From: a virus
Virus record (IMG/VR): IMGVR_UViG_3300033144_006256
Coordinates: 1-64,000 of that record
Reading direction: 5' to 3' (one strand)
DNA: 64,000 bases
The position numbers and the translations under genes are program-made. The notes beneath the pieces were generated by a model that was not told the DNA's origin, did no database searches, and was given only the letters and a program-made list of their open reading frames with translations. Position 1 is the stretch's first letter. The number at the start of each line of letters is the position of its first letter. Shown in pieces: positions 51,364 to 61,282 of the stretch.

Positions 51364-53205
51364 ATGAAAATTTTTGGCTTTGAAATAAATAGAAAAGAAA
51401 AAAAAGAAGATGCTAATTATAATATAGCAAGAATAATGCGTGAAATTGGCGTACCTCGTGATGCTGTTATTGGTGAATATAAAACAGAAGAAAACCCTGA
51501 TGAATTGAATATTGATACATATATAAGAATGCAACAAAACGATGGCACAGTTCAAGCTATTATAAGAATGTTGTCTCTGCCTATACAATCCGCAGAACCT
51601 TTTATCATAGGTGCAGAAAATGATAATGGGGAGGCGGATTTTATTCGTACTGTTTTATTTGGCTCAGAATTTGAAGGTGGGATGTCAACACCAATGGCAT
51701 TAGTTATATCAGATATGACAAGAGCAATAGCAGAAGGGTTTAGAGCATATAATAAAGTCCCGCAAGTTATAACACAAGGGGATTATAAAGGGAAAATAGG
51801 TTGGCGTAAAATAGCCCCACGAGATGCACAAACGATTAAGATAAAGGTAGATAAACACGGAGGATTTGATGGGTTACACCAAATAGCAACATTAGGTGAT
51901 CAAACAATAGATAAAAATATTCCAAAAGATTATGCTTTACTATATACATTTCAAAAAGAAAAACACGGGTTGTATGGTGAATCAATATTAAAATCCGCTT
52001 TTTACCATTATGATAAAAAGCATAAACTTTACTACATAGCTTGTAAAAAGGCAGAAGTAGAAACGATGGGGATACGAACAGTTGAACTCCCACAAGCACC
52101 AAATCCATCAGATAGAACTGCGATAGAAAAAGCAGTTGATAATATAGGGATTAATACAAGAATATCTGTCCCACATAATTATAAATTTGATGTTAAATTT
52201 CCTTCTAATGGTGGTTCAGATTTTATAATGAAGAATATAGAACACCACGATTTAGAAATGGCAAAATCTGCTTTATGCGGTATGCTTGAACTAAATTCGG
52301 GAGGTAGTTATGCACTATCAAAAGATAAAAGTAATTGGTTAGTATTAGCAATAAATGGGATTATGAAGGGAATGGAAGCAACAATAAATTCTTATGTAAT
52401 AGCTCCATTGATAAATTATAACTATGGGACATATAATTATCCTAAATTTAAATTCCCTGCGATAACAACAGAAGCGGAAGATTTACTTACAGAAGTTTCT
52501 AAAAGTATATTTAGTAAAGCTGAAATGTTGCCAACAGAAGTATTTAATGATGTTGTTAATAGAGCAGTAGAAAAAATGGGGATTAAAAAAGAACCACAAG
52601 ATGCTACAAAAGAATTAAAGAAAATAGAAAAAGAAAGTGATGAAAAAGAAAAAATAGATAACCTTGTCGAAAAGGCGAAGACAGAAGTTAAATTAGAAGA
52701 ACCAGAGTGTCCATTCTGGCGTGAAAAAAACAAATATGAACAATCAGTATCATTTGAAGATATAGAAGAAAGAATGGATTTACAGAGTGTTGATTTAGAA
52801 GAAAAACTATTGCCTATATTTAAAAAGCAAAGAGCTCAGTTAAAAGTAGCAATTAAAAAAGCAATTAGAAATAATGATATTAAAAGTATCAAGAAATTAA
52901 AATTAATTAAACAAGATAAAATGCAAGAAATACTTTTAGAAGAAATGAATGATACATTTGAGTTTTCTAAAAGGAAAGCAGCAGATGATGATAAGAACCA
53001 ATCGCCAAAAACATCTAAAGCGACAGAAAAAATACTAAAAGCTAAAGCTAAAGAATATGCTGATATGCACGAAGATAGTGTAAAGGAAAGTACCATTAAA
53101 TATCTTGAAGAAGCATTAAAAGATAAAAATCTTAAACTTGAAGAACAAAAGGAAGAAGATTGGAATGATACATTAGAAGAAATAATAGAGAAAGTAAATG
53201 GATAA
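51364..53205 (+). CDS. Portal protein (Mu gp29/DUF935-like) with C-terminal extension
   Basis: YGESILKSAF..Y, HHD.EMAK, GSYAL and PLI.YN....YPKF motifs; follows terL. Confidence 0.85.
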   Translation: MKIFGFEINRKEKKEDANYNIARIMREIGVPRDAVIGEYKTEENPDELNIDTYIRMQQNDGTVQAIIRMLSLPIQSAEPFIIGAENDNGEADFIRTVLFGSEFEGGMSTPMALVISDMTRAIAEGFRAYNKVPQVITQGDYKGKIGWRKIAPRDAQTIKIKVDKHGGFDGLHQIATLGDQTIDKNIPKDYALLYTFQKEKHGLYGESILKSAFYHYDKKHKLYYIACKKAEVETMGIRTVELPQAPNPSDRTAIEKAVDNIGINTRISVPHNYKFDVKFPSNGGSDFIMKNIEHHDLEMAKSALCGMLELNSGGSYALSKDKSNWLVLAINGIMKGMEATINSYVIAPLINYNYGTYNYPKFKFPAITTEAEDLLTEVSKSIFSKAEMLPTEVFNDVVNRAVEKMGIKKEPQDATKELKKIEKESDEKEKIDNLVEKAKTEVKLEEPECPFWREKNKYEQSVSFEDIEERMDLQSVDLEEKLLPIFKKQRAQLKVAIKKAIRNNDIKSIKKLKLIKQDKMQEILLEEMNDTFEFSKRKAADDDKNQSPKTSKATEKILKAKAKEYADMHEDSVKESTIKYLEEALKDKNLKLEEQKEEDWNDTLEEIIEKVNG

Positions 53206-54370
53206 TGGAAAGTTTATTAAAAAAATATCTTTAATATGTGAGAAAGAAGGAATATATAACTCCGAACTTATACAATTAAAAAAAGAAAATTTAACAAAAG
53301 ATGAATTTATATCAGGCATAACAAATCTTATAGAAGAAAAAAGAAAACAACGGATAATAGAACTCAAAGAAGCAAAAAAAAATGAAACACAGGAAAATAT
53401 AATATCTATAACAGGTTATATAAAAAATATAAATGAAAAGTTATTTAAAAAATTTATAAATGAAAAACCAAACTGGTATAAAGAACCAGTAGCAAAAGTA
53501 GAAGTGACTAATCTCAATACACCAAGAGAAGAAATAAAGGTTTCTAACTTCCCTAAGCAGATAGAATTTCCAGAAGAAATAAAAGTCTCTAACTTTCCAG
53601 AACAACAAAAGCCATTAAAGAAAATTGAAATAACTAATTTCCCAGATTACCCAGAGCCATTAAAAGAAATAGAAGTAAAGAATTTTCCAAAACAGATTGA
53701 TATTAAAAAACCAGATTGGTATAAAGAACCGAAAGATAAAGTAGAAATAACTAATTTCCCAGAACAGAAAGAATTTCCAAAAGAAATAAAAGTTACAAAT
53801 CCTCAAGAAAATGTTATAATAAAGAATGATATAACAGTTAAAGAGCCAAACTGGATAGCAAAATTACTTCCAGATAATAATATTGTTAAAAAGATATCAG
53901 ATAGTGTAAGTAAGATATTAGATAAAGTTACAAGCACATCAGTTGGCAGAATAATTAAAAATAAGTTTATAGTTAAAACAGAAAAAGAAAATCCTTTAAA
54001 TGTTGTGCTAGTAGATCCAGTTACTAAACAACCAACAGAATTAAATGTTAGGGTAGCAGGAGGCGGTGGAGGTTATCAAGATACGATAGGGATAAAAAAT
54101 GCTAGTGAAGAAACTATTAACCCAGCGACAGAAGAAAAGCAAGATAATACTATAACTGCGATAGAAGATGTAGAAACATCTGCTGACGAAACTACAACGG
54201 CAGTAAGCTCATTAGAAACAGCATTAACAGAAGGTGATGGACTTAGAAGAAATATAGAACAAGGGGAAACATTAGAACTTATATTAATAGAACTTAAAAA
54301 AATAAATAAACATTTTGAAACTATCACTGATGAAGAAATAAACAGTGATGATATAAACCTAGAAAGTTAA
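53198..54370 (+). CDS. Repeat protein (EIKVSNFP/KKPDWY repeats)
   Basis: Several imperfect V.NFP repeats; INPATEEKQD motif; inside the head gene block. Confidence 0.55.
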   Translation: MDNGKFIKKISLICEKEGIYNSELIQLKKENLTKDEFISGITNLIEEKRKQRIIELKEAKKNETQENIISITGYIKNINEKLFKKFINEKPNWYKEPVAKVEVTNLNTPREEIKVSNFPKQIEFPEEIKVSNFPEQQKPLKKIEITNFPDYPEPLKEIEVKNFPKQIDIKKPDWYKEPKDKVEITNFPEQKEFPKEIKVTNPQENVIIKNDITVKEPNWIAKLLPDNNIVKKISDSVSKILDKVTSTSVGRIIKNKFIVKTEKENPLNVVLVDPVTKQPTELNVRVAGGGGGYQDTIGIKNASEETINPATEEKQDNTITAIEDVETSADETTTAVSSLETALTEGDGLRRNIEQGETLELILIELKKINKHFETITDEEINSDDINLES

Positions 54371-54375
54371 AAATT

Positions 54376-54924
54376 ATGAAAATACAAGATGGCACAGGTA
54401 GTGGTAATATGCAGAAAATTAATAATGAAAACCAAGCACATACATTATCAATAAGTATGCCTGTACAGCACCACGTAAATCACGATCACAAAAAAGTATA
54501 TTCTGTATTAATAAATAAAACACCAACTGCTGCAGGAGATTGTTTTTGTTATATTAAAAATACAGATGATGATGATTTGATAATTACAGATACGAAATTT
54601 TTTGCTGCGACAGATGAAATTATACAAATTAAACTGTCTGATATAGGGACGCCTATAGGCGGAACAGATGTAACCCCAGTTAATAAAAACGCAGGCAGTG
54701 GAGAAGAAGCATCTGGGATATTCCAAACAGGCGTTGATATAACAGGGTTATCTGGTGGAGCAACAGTAGATGAATTCCAAGTTGATGGTGGAACAGGTAC
54801 AAACTATAATAGATGGTTATCTGGGCTTATTATACCTAAGAATAAAATAGCCACATTTTATGTAGTAACAGGAGGAATAGCAATAAGGGGTTCTATCACG
54901 TTTTATATCCACGAATCATTATAA
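54376..54924 (+). CDS. Putative minor virion protein
   Basis: Gly/Thr-rich beta protein within the head block. Confidence 0.4.
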   Translation: MKIQDGTGSGNMQKINNENQAHTLSISMPVQHHVNHDHKKVYSVLINKTPTAAGDCFCYIKNTDDDDLIITDTKFFAATDEIIQIKLSDIGTPIGGTDVTPVNKNAGSGEEASGIFQTGVDITGLSGGATVDEFQVDGGTGTNYNRWLSGLIIPKNKIATFYVVTGGIAIRGSITFYIHESL

Positions 54925-54927
54925 AAT

Positions 54928-56037
54928 ATGGCTATAAGGAACACTATAATTGATCCTGAAACTGGACGTGAAGCATCAGTAGTTGATGGGGCAGAAGTAA
55001 ATGCTCTAGCTGTAGCAACACGTCCGCTTAAAACTTTTGAAAATAAAGATATATATTTTCAAAATGAAACATACGGTGCAGAAATGAACCAAAATGTAGC
55101 GACTGGCGGTACTCCTATACATATACACGATGGTACGGATAATATATATTGGACAGCATCAGCAATATCTGGGAATTGGGTATTTGATAGTACAGATCAG
55201 AATCATACTCCTGCTGGTTCAAAAAGTATTGATGCAACAGGGACAACAAATAATAGCATAGCACAAATAGCAAAAGGTAGCTCACAAGATTTAACTGGAT
55301 ATGTTTCAATAACTGGTTGGATATATATCTCTAGTTGGTCGGCAGCTGGCACGAAACACATTGAATTATATGGGTGGGACACTGGGACAGGACTAATTGT
55401 AGGTAATTCTGTTAATATAGATGATTATATAAATACAGGGCAAATAGGAAGCTGGCAGAAATTTACAATTAATCTTAAAGATTTTGGGATAAAAAATAAA
55501 ACTATAGATTCTATAAGAATACAAACTACAACAACTGCGGTAGCACCTAATTATTATTTAGATGATATACAGATAGAAGAAACAGGAGCCCCATTAGAAT
55601 ATAATATACAGCCAGAAACAGATACTTGGTTACATATACACGAAATAAGTATGGTATTAGCAGATGCTTATACAGGGACGATAACAGGGCTTGATGATGG
55701 GACAGAAAATACAACAATGCAAGCATTATCATATAACAAGATATTGGGCGTTAGCGAATTAGATAGCGGGATTATTTATAAACATACTGCTAATGGTAAT
55801 ACAAAGTTTTCTTATAATATGAAGAGTCTAGCAGATATACTTGATAACACTTGTTCAAGGATAATAACGTCTGGGTCTGATAGAATAAATACTTTTATAA
55901 AAATATGTTTTGTATATACTGAACCAATAATTCTTAAATGGGAAGAAATGGATAAATTATCATTTACTATTTCAGATGATTTAAGTGGGTTATTAAGGTT
56001 TAGAATTAAAGCAGGGTGTAAAGAGGAAAAAAGATGA
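54928..56037 (+). CDS. Putative virion protein with carbohydrate-binding-like beta-sandwich
   Basis: ITGWIYI, WQKFTI.L.DF and YYLDDIQI motifs typical of galactose-binding folds. Confidence 0.45.
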   Translation: MAIRNTIIDPETGREASVVDGAEVNALAVATRPLKTFENKDIYFQNETYGAEMNQNVATGGTPIHIHDGTDNIYWTASAISGNWVFDSTDQNHTPAGSKSIDATGTTNNSIAQIAKGSSQDLTGYVSITGWIYISSWSAAGTKHIELYGWDTGTGLIVGNSVNIDDYINTGQIGSWQKFTINLKDFGIKNKTIDSIRIQTTTTAVAPNYYLDDIQIEETGAPLEYNIQPETDTWLHIHEISMVLADAYTGTITGLDDGTENTTMQALSYNKILGVSELDSGIIYKHTANGNTKFSYNMKSLADILDNTCSRIITSGSDRINTFIKICFVYTEPIILKWEEMDKLSFTISDDLSGLLRFRIKAGCKEEKR

Positions 56038-56621
56038 ATTTAGAAGAAAAAAAGAAAAAAGAAGAAGAAATAATTGAAGAAGAATTTGATTTAGACGAAT
56101 TTACAGAAGAAGTTGTTAAAAAGAATAAACCATTGTCAGATGGTGTATTAGCTGGATTAGCGGCAACAACTATTACATATGCAGTCAATACTGGACGGAA
56201 TGAATATTTTGAAAGTGTTAAAAAAGATACTTATGCTTATGAATTTTCGGCGTTATTAGATAGCAAAACTTGTAATCGTTGTTTATCACTGGACGGCAGG
56301 GTAATAGAAGCTAATGATTCTGCATATCAAGAACAAATGCCTAGTTTGCATATTTTCTGCCGCTGCCTATGGATAAGAATAGATAAAAGCGAAGATGATT
56401 TACCAAAGATAACAGGTATCCCAGAAAACATACCAACTGAATTTAATGAAATACCAAAATACCCGACACTTAGGAAGGATCAGAAAGAAGCAAGGATTGA
56501 AGTAGAAAAAAGAATTAAACGATTAGAAAAAAAAGTTAAAAAATATGAAACATCAGAAACATATCCGAACAGGGTTAAGAGTTTAAGCAAAACTATAAGC
56601 GGATTAAAGAGGGCATTATAA
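56034..56621 (+). CDS. Head morphogenesis protein (Mu gpF/SPP1 gp7-like), C-terminal domain only
   Basis: SALLDSKTC.RC..LDG and P.LH..CRC motifs. Confidence 0.85.
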   Translation: MNLEEKKKKEEEIIEEEFDLDEFTEEVVKKNKPLSDGVLAGLAATTITYAVNTGRNEYFESVKKDTYAYEFSALLDSKTCNRCLSLDGRVIEANDSAYQEQMPSLHIFCRCLWIRIDKSEDDLPKITGIPENIPTEFNEIPKYPTLRKDQKEARIEVEKRIKRLEKKVKKYETSETYPNRVKSLSKTISGLKRAL

Positions 56622-56788
56622 TGGGAACTAAAATATACAAAGGGGAAACAATTAGTTGTCTGTATTGCGGAGAAAAGAATATAAAAGGAAGAGATTACTG
56701 TTGGAAGTGCTTCAAACCACTTCGTCCGATTAACAAACCAATAACATAATATACAAAAATTGTTATATGTGGTATAATACAAATAAAT

Positions 56789-57262
56789 ATGGAAAAAATA
56801 CAATTATTATTAAATATAAAAAAAGATATTCAGCTTGAAGAAGCTGAAAAAGGTGATTGGATAGTTGAAGGATATGCAACTACACTTGGAAGAAATTCAC
56901 ATAGAATGCGAATGACAGAAGAAGCATTAAGACAAGTAGCTGAAAACTTTAAAACATATACAACTGTTTTATTTAATCACGATAGCAATGCATTAATTGG
57001 AAAAATACTTGATGCAACAGCAGACGGGGATGGTGTTTGGGTAAAAGTAAGAATATCAAAAAGCGAACCTGATTATTGGGCAAAAATTCAAGATGGAACA
57101 TTAAACAAATTTTCTATACAATATGAAGCTAAAACAAGGAGAATATTTGTAGATGGTGAATTTATAGATGAAATAATAGAAGCATTTGCTGTTGAAGCAA
57201 GTTTGGTATCAATCCCAGCACAAAATAAGGCAGAGGCAATATTAAGCTATGTAGTAACATAG
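56789..57262 (+). CDS. HK97-type prohead protease
   Basis: VEGYA, VLFNHD...IG, FSI and EASLVSIPAQ motifs. Confidence 0.85.
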   Translation: MEKIQLLLNIKKDIQLEEAEKGDWIVEGYATTLGRNSHRMRMTEEALRQVAENFKTYTTVLFNHDSNALIGKILDATADGDGVWVKVRISKSEPDYWAKIQDGTLNKFSIQYEAKTRRIFVDGEFIDEIIEAFAVEASLVSIPAQNKAEAILSYVVT

Positions 57263-57335
57263 AATTTAAAGAATAAAATTATGGACGAAATAGTTTCAAA
57301 AACCAAGAAATTATTTCTTCGTGATAATAGTATAA

Positions 57336-57463
57336 AGAGCAGCGGTACTGCTCTACGTGGAGAGACAATAAGACCATTTATGGGTAACTGTAATAAGGCA
57401 ATCTCAGTGAAGCGTTGATATCTTATTAGAAAGGATAATACCGTGGACGAAATAAAAGCGTTA
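57336..57463 (+). ncRNA. Orphan omega-RNA scaffold 3 plus predicted guide (no tnpB)
   Basis: AGAGCAG-CGGTA-CTGCTCT stem; loop complementary to TACCG (57439-57443); ACGT-GGAG...GAA-GCGT core; TATCTT..AAGGATA hairpin; TGGACGAAATA duplicated at 57282 and 57444. Confidence 0.75.
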
Positions 57464-59233
57464 ATAACAATATTAGAAAGTGCATTAAAAAGTGAAAACA
57501 AAGAAGCGATAAAAGAAAGTATTGATAAAGTTATTGCTAAACTTAAAGGAACAACTGATAAAACAAAAGAAAATGGGTTAAAAGATAGTGTAATCCCATA
57601 TAAACAAACTCCCTTAGCAGAAGAAAAAGAAAAATGGGATGCTGGTGCAGAAGTTAAAAAGGCAACAGGCGATGCAGAAAAACTTTATACAATGCACGCT
57701 TATGTTGATAGAAGCGATGATAATTTTGATGATACAGAAAGTAAATGGTATAAATTGCCGCATCACAAAGGCGATGGCGACCAGCAGTTAGTTTGGAAAG
57801 GATTATCAGCAGCAGTAGCGGCAATGCGTGGTGCTCGTGGTGGCGTTGATGTCCCAAAAGAAGAACGAACAGGTATAATGGCACATTTAAGAAAACACTA
57901 TGCAGAATTTGATAAACCATTCCCAGAAGAAGATAGTGACATTCCTATTTTGGGGTTATCTGAAGATAAAAAAACTATTTATAGGATCGATACAGATAGT
58001 AAATCAACTGTTGACGGGAATCTTGTAAGGGCTCAAGTATTAAAAATTAAAAAGTTAATACATAGGGATGCAAAAGGCGGAGTATTAAATGTTACTAAAG
58101 AAAGCATTAAAAAAATAATCAAGAATTTTAAAGATGGCATTATAGATAATGTTTATGTCCCGCTTGGGCATACAAATGATGTTAAAAAAAATACTGGGAA
58201 AGTTGTTGATTTAATACCAACAGAAGATGGGATGGATGCAATTATAGATGTGCGTGATAAAGGAATAATAAAAAAGTTGAAAGATAAATTGATTGAAAAA
58301 GTTTCTGCTTCAATAGATGAAAATTATCTTAATAAAGAAACAGGCAAATTTGTTGGTCCCGTATTAAGGCATATAGCATTAGTATCAGAACCGTATATAA
58401 AAGGGATGAATAAAGATGGTCTTGTTTTTTTAGAAGAAGATGAAGAAAAAAATGTTGTAGTATTAGTAGAAGAAACAACAATAGAAGAAGATTTAACAAC
58501 AATTAAAGATACAATTAACTTTGCGATTGAAAGGATTGCGAAGAAACTAGTAAAGGATAAAAAAATGTATACAAATGAAACTAAAAATACATCTGATGAG
58601 GTTAAGAAAGAAGATGAAGTTATAGAAGAAAAATCAGATGAAATTAAAGATGAAAAAACTACAGAGGATGAAAAATCTGATGAAACTCCCAAGGAAAAAA
58701 CTAAGGAAGATGAAAAATCTGATAAAAAATCAGATGAAAAATCTACCGAAGATGAAACTAAGGAAGAAAAATCAGAGGATACTTCAACGGATAGCGAATC
58801 GAAAGATGAAACTACTGAAGAAGAATCAGAGTCTGTAGACAACAGCGAGAAAGATGAAGAAATCAACCTCGCAGAAGCTGAAAAAGAATATAATGAATTC
58901 TTAATAGCTGGTAAAGTACTGCCAGTTCAAAAAGATGCCGTTATAGCATTGTTAGCTTCTAAAGGAACGATTAACTTATCAGAAAGTGAAAAATCAGTTT
59001 CTGAACTAGTTAGAAGTTTACTAGAAAAGCAAAAATCTTTGGATTTTGAAGAAAAAGGTGCTGAAAATACTGATAAAGTAGAAACGAAGAGTGAAGATGC
59101 AGAAGCGATAAAAGATGAAAAAATCGGTTTTTTAAAGCAAAAAATGGGTTATTCAGAGGAAGAAGCCCAAGTTGCCTTTGAAGAATATTCAAAGATAAAT
59201 GAGGCAAAAGGCGGGATGGAAACAACAGGATAA
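57443..59233 (+). CDS. Mu-like protease/scaffold (gpI/Z-type) protein
   Basis: YKLPHH domain; PLGH, VSASI and GPVLRHIALVSEP protease motifs; acidic scaffold tail. Confidence 0.75.
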   Translation: MDEIKALITILESALKSENKEAIKESIDKVIAKLKGTTDKTKENGLKDSVIPYKQTPLAEEKEKWDAGAEVKKATGDAEKLYTMHAYVDRSDDNFDDTESKWYKLPHHKGDGDQQLVWKGLSAAVAAMRGARGGVDVPKEERTGIMAHLRKHYAEFDKPFPEEDSDIPILGLSEDKKTIYRIDTDSKSTVDGNLVRAQVLKIKKLIHRDAKGGVLNVTKESIKKIIKNFKDGIIDNVYVPLGHTNDVKKNTGKVVDLIPTEDGMDAIIDVRDKGIIKKLKDKLIEKVSASIDENYLNKETGKFVGPVLRHIALVSEPYIKGMNKDGLVFLEEDEEKNVVVLVEETTIEEDLTTIKDTINFAIERIAKKLVKDKKMYTNETKNTSDEVKKEDEVIEEKSDEIKDEKTTEDEKSDETPKEKTKEDEKSDKKSDEKSTEDETKEEKSEDTSTDSESKDETTEEESESVDNSEKDEEINLAEAEKEYNEFLIAGKVLPVQKDAVIALLASKGTINLSESEKSVSELVRSLLEKQKSLDFEEKGAENTDKVETKSEDAEAIKDEKIGFLKQKMGYSEEEAQVAFEEYSKINEAKGGMETTG

Positions 59234-59306
59234 AGCGAATTTAGTTCGTTCCAATTACTATACTGTTTGGTCGGCAGAATAGATTTAACAATACGAGACA
59301 AAAACT

Positions 59307-59717
59307 ATGACTGTATTAAGTGCTGATAATAACGCAAAAAGAAAAGATGGACAGTTCATTGAACATAAATTAGTAGCTTCTGATATTGTATATAAAGATT
59401 CGTTAGTATGTAATAATACAAGCGGGTATTTACTTCCAGGCAGTGATACTGCGGATTTGCGATTTGCAGGTGTTGCATTAGAGCAAGCTGATAACAGTTC
59501 AGGTTCTGCTGGTGCTAAATCAGTAAGAGTACAAAAAACAGGTTCATTTGTATTTGCAAAAGCTACTGCCGTTCAAGGTGATATTGGAGCTGCTGCATAT
59601 ATTCTTGATGATCAAACTGTTGGAACTACTTCTACTAATGGAATTCAATGTGGTTATATTTCCGAACTTATAAGTTCTTCAAAAGTACGTGTTCGTATTG
59701 ATGTTTCAGTGAGGTAA
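59307..59717 (+). CDS. Head decoration/cement protein
   Basis: FAGVA.E..DNS.G..G...VRV..G.F and DIG...YI.DDQTV motifs; directly upstream of the capsid gene. Confidence 0.75.
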   Translation: MTVLSADNNAKRKDGQFIEHKLVASDIVYKDSLVCNNTSGYLLPGSDTADLRFAGVALEQADNSSGSAGAKSVRVQKTGSFVFAKATAVQGDIGAAAYILDDQTVGTTSTNGIQCGYISELISSSKVRVRIDVSVR

Positions 59718-59721
59718 TCAA

Positions 59722-60663
59722 ATGATTGTTTCAAGTGATTTAATGAAACTTCTTTTAGCTGGGATGAAAACCACTTTTATGAAGAGGTTAAAAGAAACTC
59801 CAGTTATACACCCTGCAATTACTACTATAACTAACTCAACTAAAGATAAAGAAACTTATCCTTGGTTAGGGGAAGACCCAGCAGTAACAGAGTGGTTAGA
59901 TGAACGACAAGAGCAAGCAATAGCAGAACATAATTTTGAAATAACTAATAGAAGTTGGTCAAATATGATTTCTGTTGATAGAGATACGATAGAGGACGAC
60001 GCTTATTCTCAGATTAAGCTACGAGCATCTGGACTAGGCAAATCTTTTGCTCAGTTCTATGATGAATCTGTATTTACTCTATTAGCTCAAGGCAATTTAA
60101 CAACTGGGACATCTGGCGAATTCAAGGGGAAAAATATTACTTGTTGGGATGGCGGAGCATTTTTTGCTTCAACTCATACAATCCAACATACTGGTGTAGA
60201 TCAATCTAATGTTGGTTCAACTGCATTATCTTATGCTTCTTTAGCAGCTGCACGAGTATCTATGATGAAGATTAAGAATGATCACGGTAAGCCAATAACA
60301 GTAATGCCTAATTTATTGGTAGTCCCACCAGATCTTTATGACACAGCTCTAAAGATAACAGGCTCTGCAATAGATCCTTCAGAAGGAACAACTACATCTT
60401 TCACAGCGAAGAATACTCTAAGTGGTATAAAAGTAATACAATCTCCATATCTAACTGATGCTAATAACTGGTTCTTGTTTGACACAGTTAACTCTATAAC
60501 AAACCCAATTATAATTCAGATTAGACGAAAAGTTCAATTCAATTCATTAACAGATGGAACAGAATCAGCTTTCTTACGAAAGAAATTGTATTTTGGTTCA
60601 GATGCGAGAATTGGATTCGGATTTGCAGATTGGCGATATGCTTACGGAGCATTTGTGACCTAA
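59722..60663 (+). CDS. Major capsid protein (Mu gpT-like)
   Basis: ETYPWLG..P...EW, V.RD.IEDD, DG..FF...H, PNLLVVPP.L and WFL.D motifs. Confidence 0.9.
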   Translation: MIVSSDLMKLLLAGMKTTFMKRLKETPVIHPAITTITNSTKDKETYPWLGEDPAVTEWLDERQEQAIAEHNFEITNRSWSNMISVDRDTIEDDAYSQIKLRASGLGKSFAQFYDESVFTLLAQGNLTTGTSGEFKGKNITCWDGGAFFASTHTIQHTGVDQSNVGSTALSYASLAAARVSMMKIKNDHGKPITVMPNLLVVPPDLYDTALKITGSAIDPSEGTTTSFTAKNTLSGIKVIQSPYLTDANNWFLFDTVNSITNPIIIQIRRKVQFNSLTDGTESAFLRKKLYFGSDARIGFGFADWRYAYGAFVT

Positions 60664-60830
60664 ACTATAAATTAGTTTATTAACTTAGCTCTTTCGTGCT
60701 TTTCGCTCCCAATTTTGTTGCGTGCGATAATTATATGATTATTGTTGACTGCGATTATAGTTATTCTTAATAGTTTAACTTTTGAGCGGTGTCGCTTTGA
60801 AATAAACAAATTGGGAGCGGAGGTACTAGA

Positions 60831-60902
60831 AGCAGGGTAGAATAGCGGTAGCTCATTGGGCTTATATCCAAAAGGTCGTCGGTTCGAACCAGACCCCCGC
60901 CA
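60831..60902 (+). tRNA. Degenerate initiator-tRNA(fMet)-like gene with anticodon TAT
   Basis: Aligns with the tRNA-fMet body (GGTAGCTC..GGGCT-NAT-A..AAGGTCGTCGGTTC..CCCCCGC); TAT at 60863-60865; a mismatch in each stem; no CCA. Confidence 0.7.
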
Positions 60903-60962
60903 CAATTATAATATGATAGAATCATAGAAACACGTTATAGGCGTGAAATTAAGGAAAAATAA

Positions 60963-61268
60963 ATGTCAGATTATAAACCATCAATAGCACAACTTTTAAA
61001 TGATATGTTTGTGCTTGATTATAGCAATATTTCAGCAAGTACAGTGGTAAAATCAGCAACAGGAACATTTGCAGGTATTTTTGTATCTGCTGCTTCTGCA
61101 ACACCAACAATAACAGTTTATGATAATACTGCTGGTTCAGGGACAAAAATATTAGATACATTTACACCTGTTGCAGGGACATTTTATGATATACCTCCTT
61201 GTATTTTTGGAACAGGATTGTATATAACAATTAGTGGGACAGTGTCTTGCACAGTGTTCTATAAATAA
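60963..61268 (+). CDS. Small putative virion protein
   Basis: Thr/Gly-rich beta protein (ITVYDNT, FGTGLYIT) after the capsid gene. Confidence 0.45.
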   Translation: MSDYKPSIAQLLNDMFVLDYSNISASTVVKSATGTFAGIFVSAASATPTITVYDNTAGSGTKILDTFTPVAGTFYDIPPCIFGTGLYITISGTVSCTVFYK

Positions 61269-61282
61269 AGAAAGGTAAATTT

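Noticed and set aside
57260-57443. Read-through fusion of the two proteases
   Set aside because: Two stops (TAG 57260, TGA 57416) intervene, and the gap is explained by the orphan omega-RNA cassette with its own RBS.
58324-58866. Minus-strand Ser/Phe-rich ORF, and similar ones at 31159 and 52437
   Set aside because: Antisense shadows of Glu/Lys-rich coding sequence.
60672-60905. Minus-strand 77-aa ORF
   Set aside because: Antisense of the tRNA-like gene.
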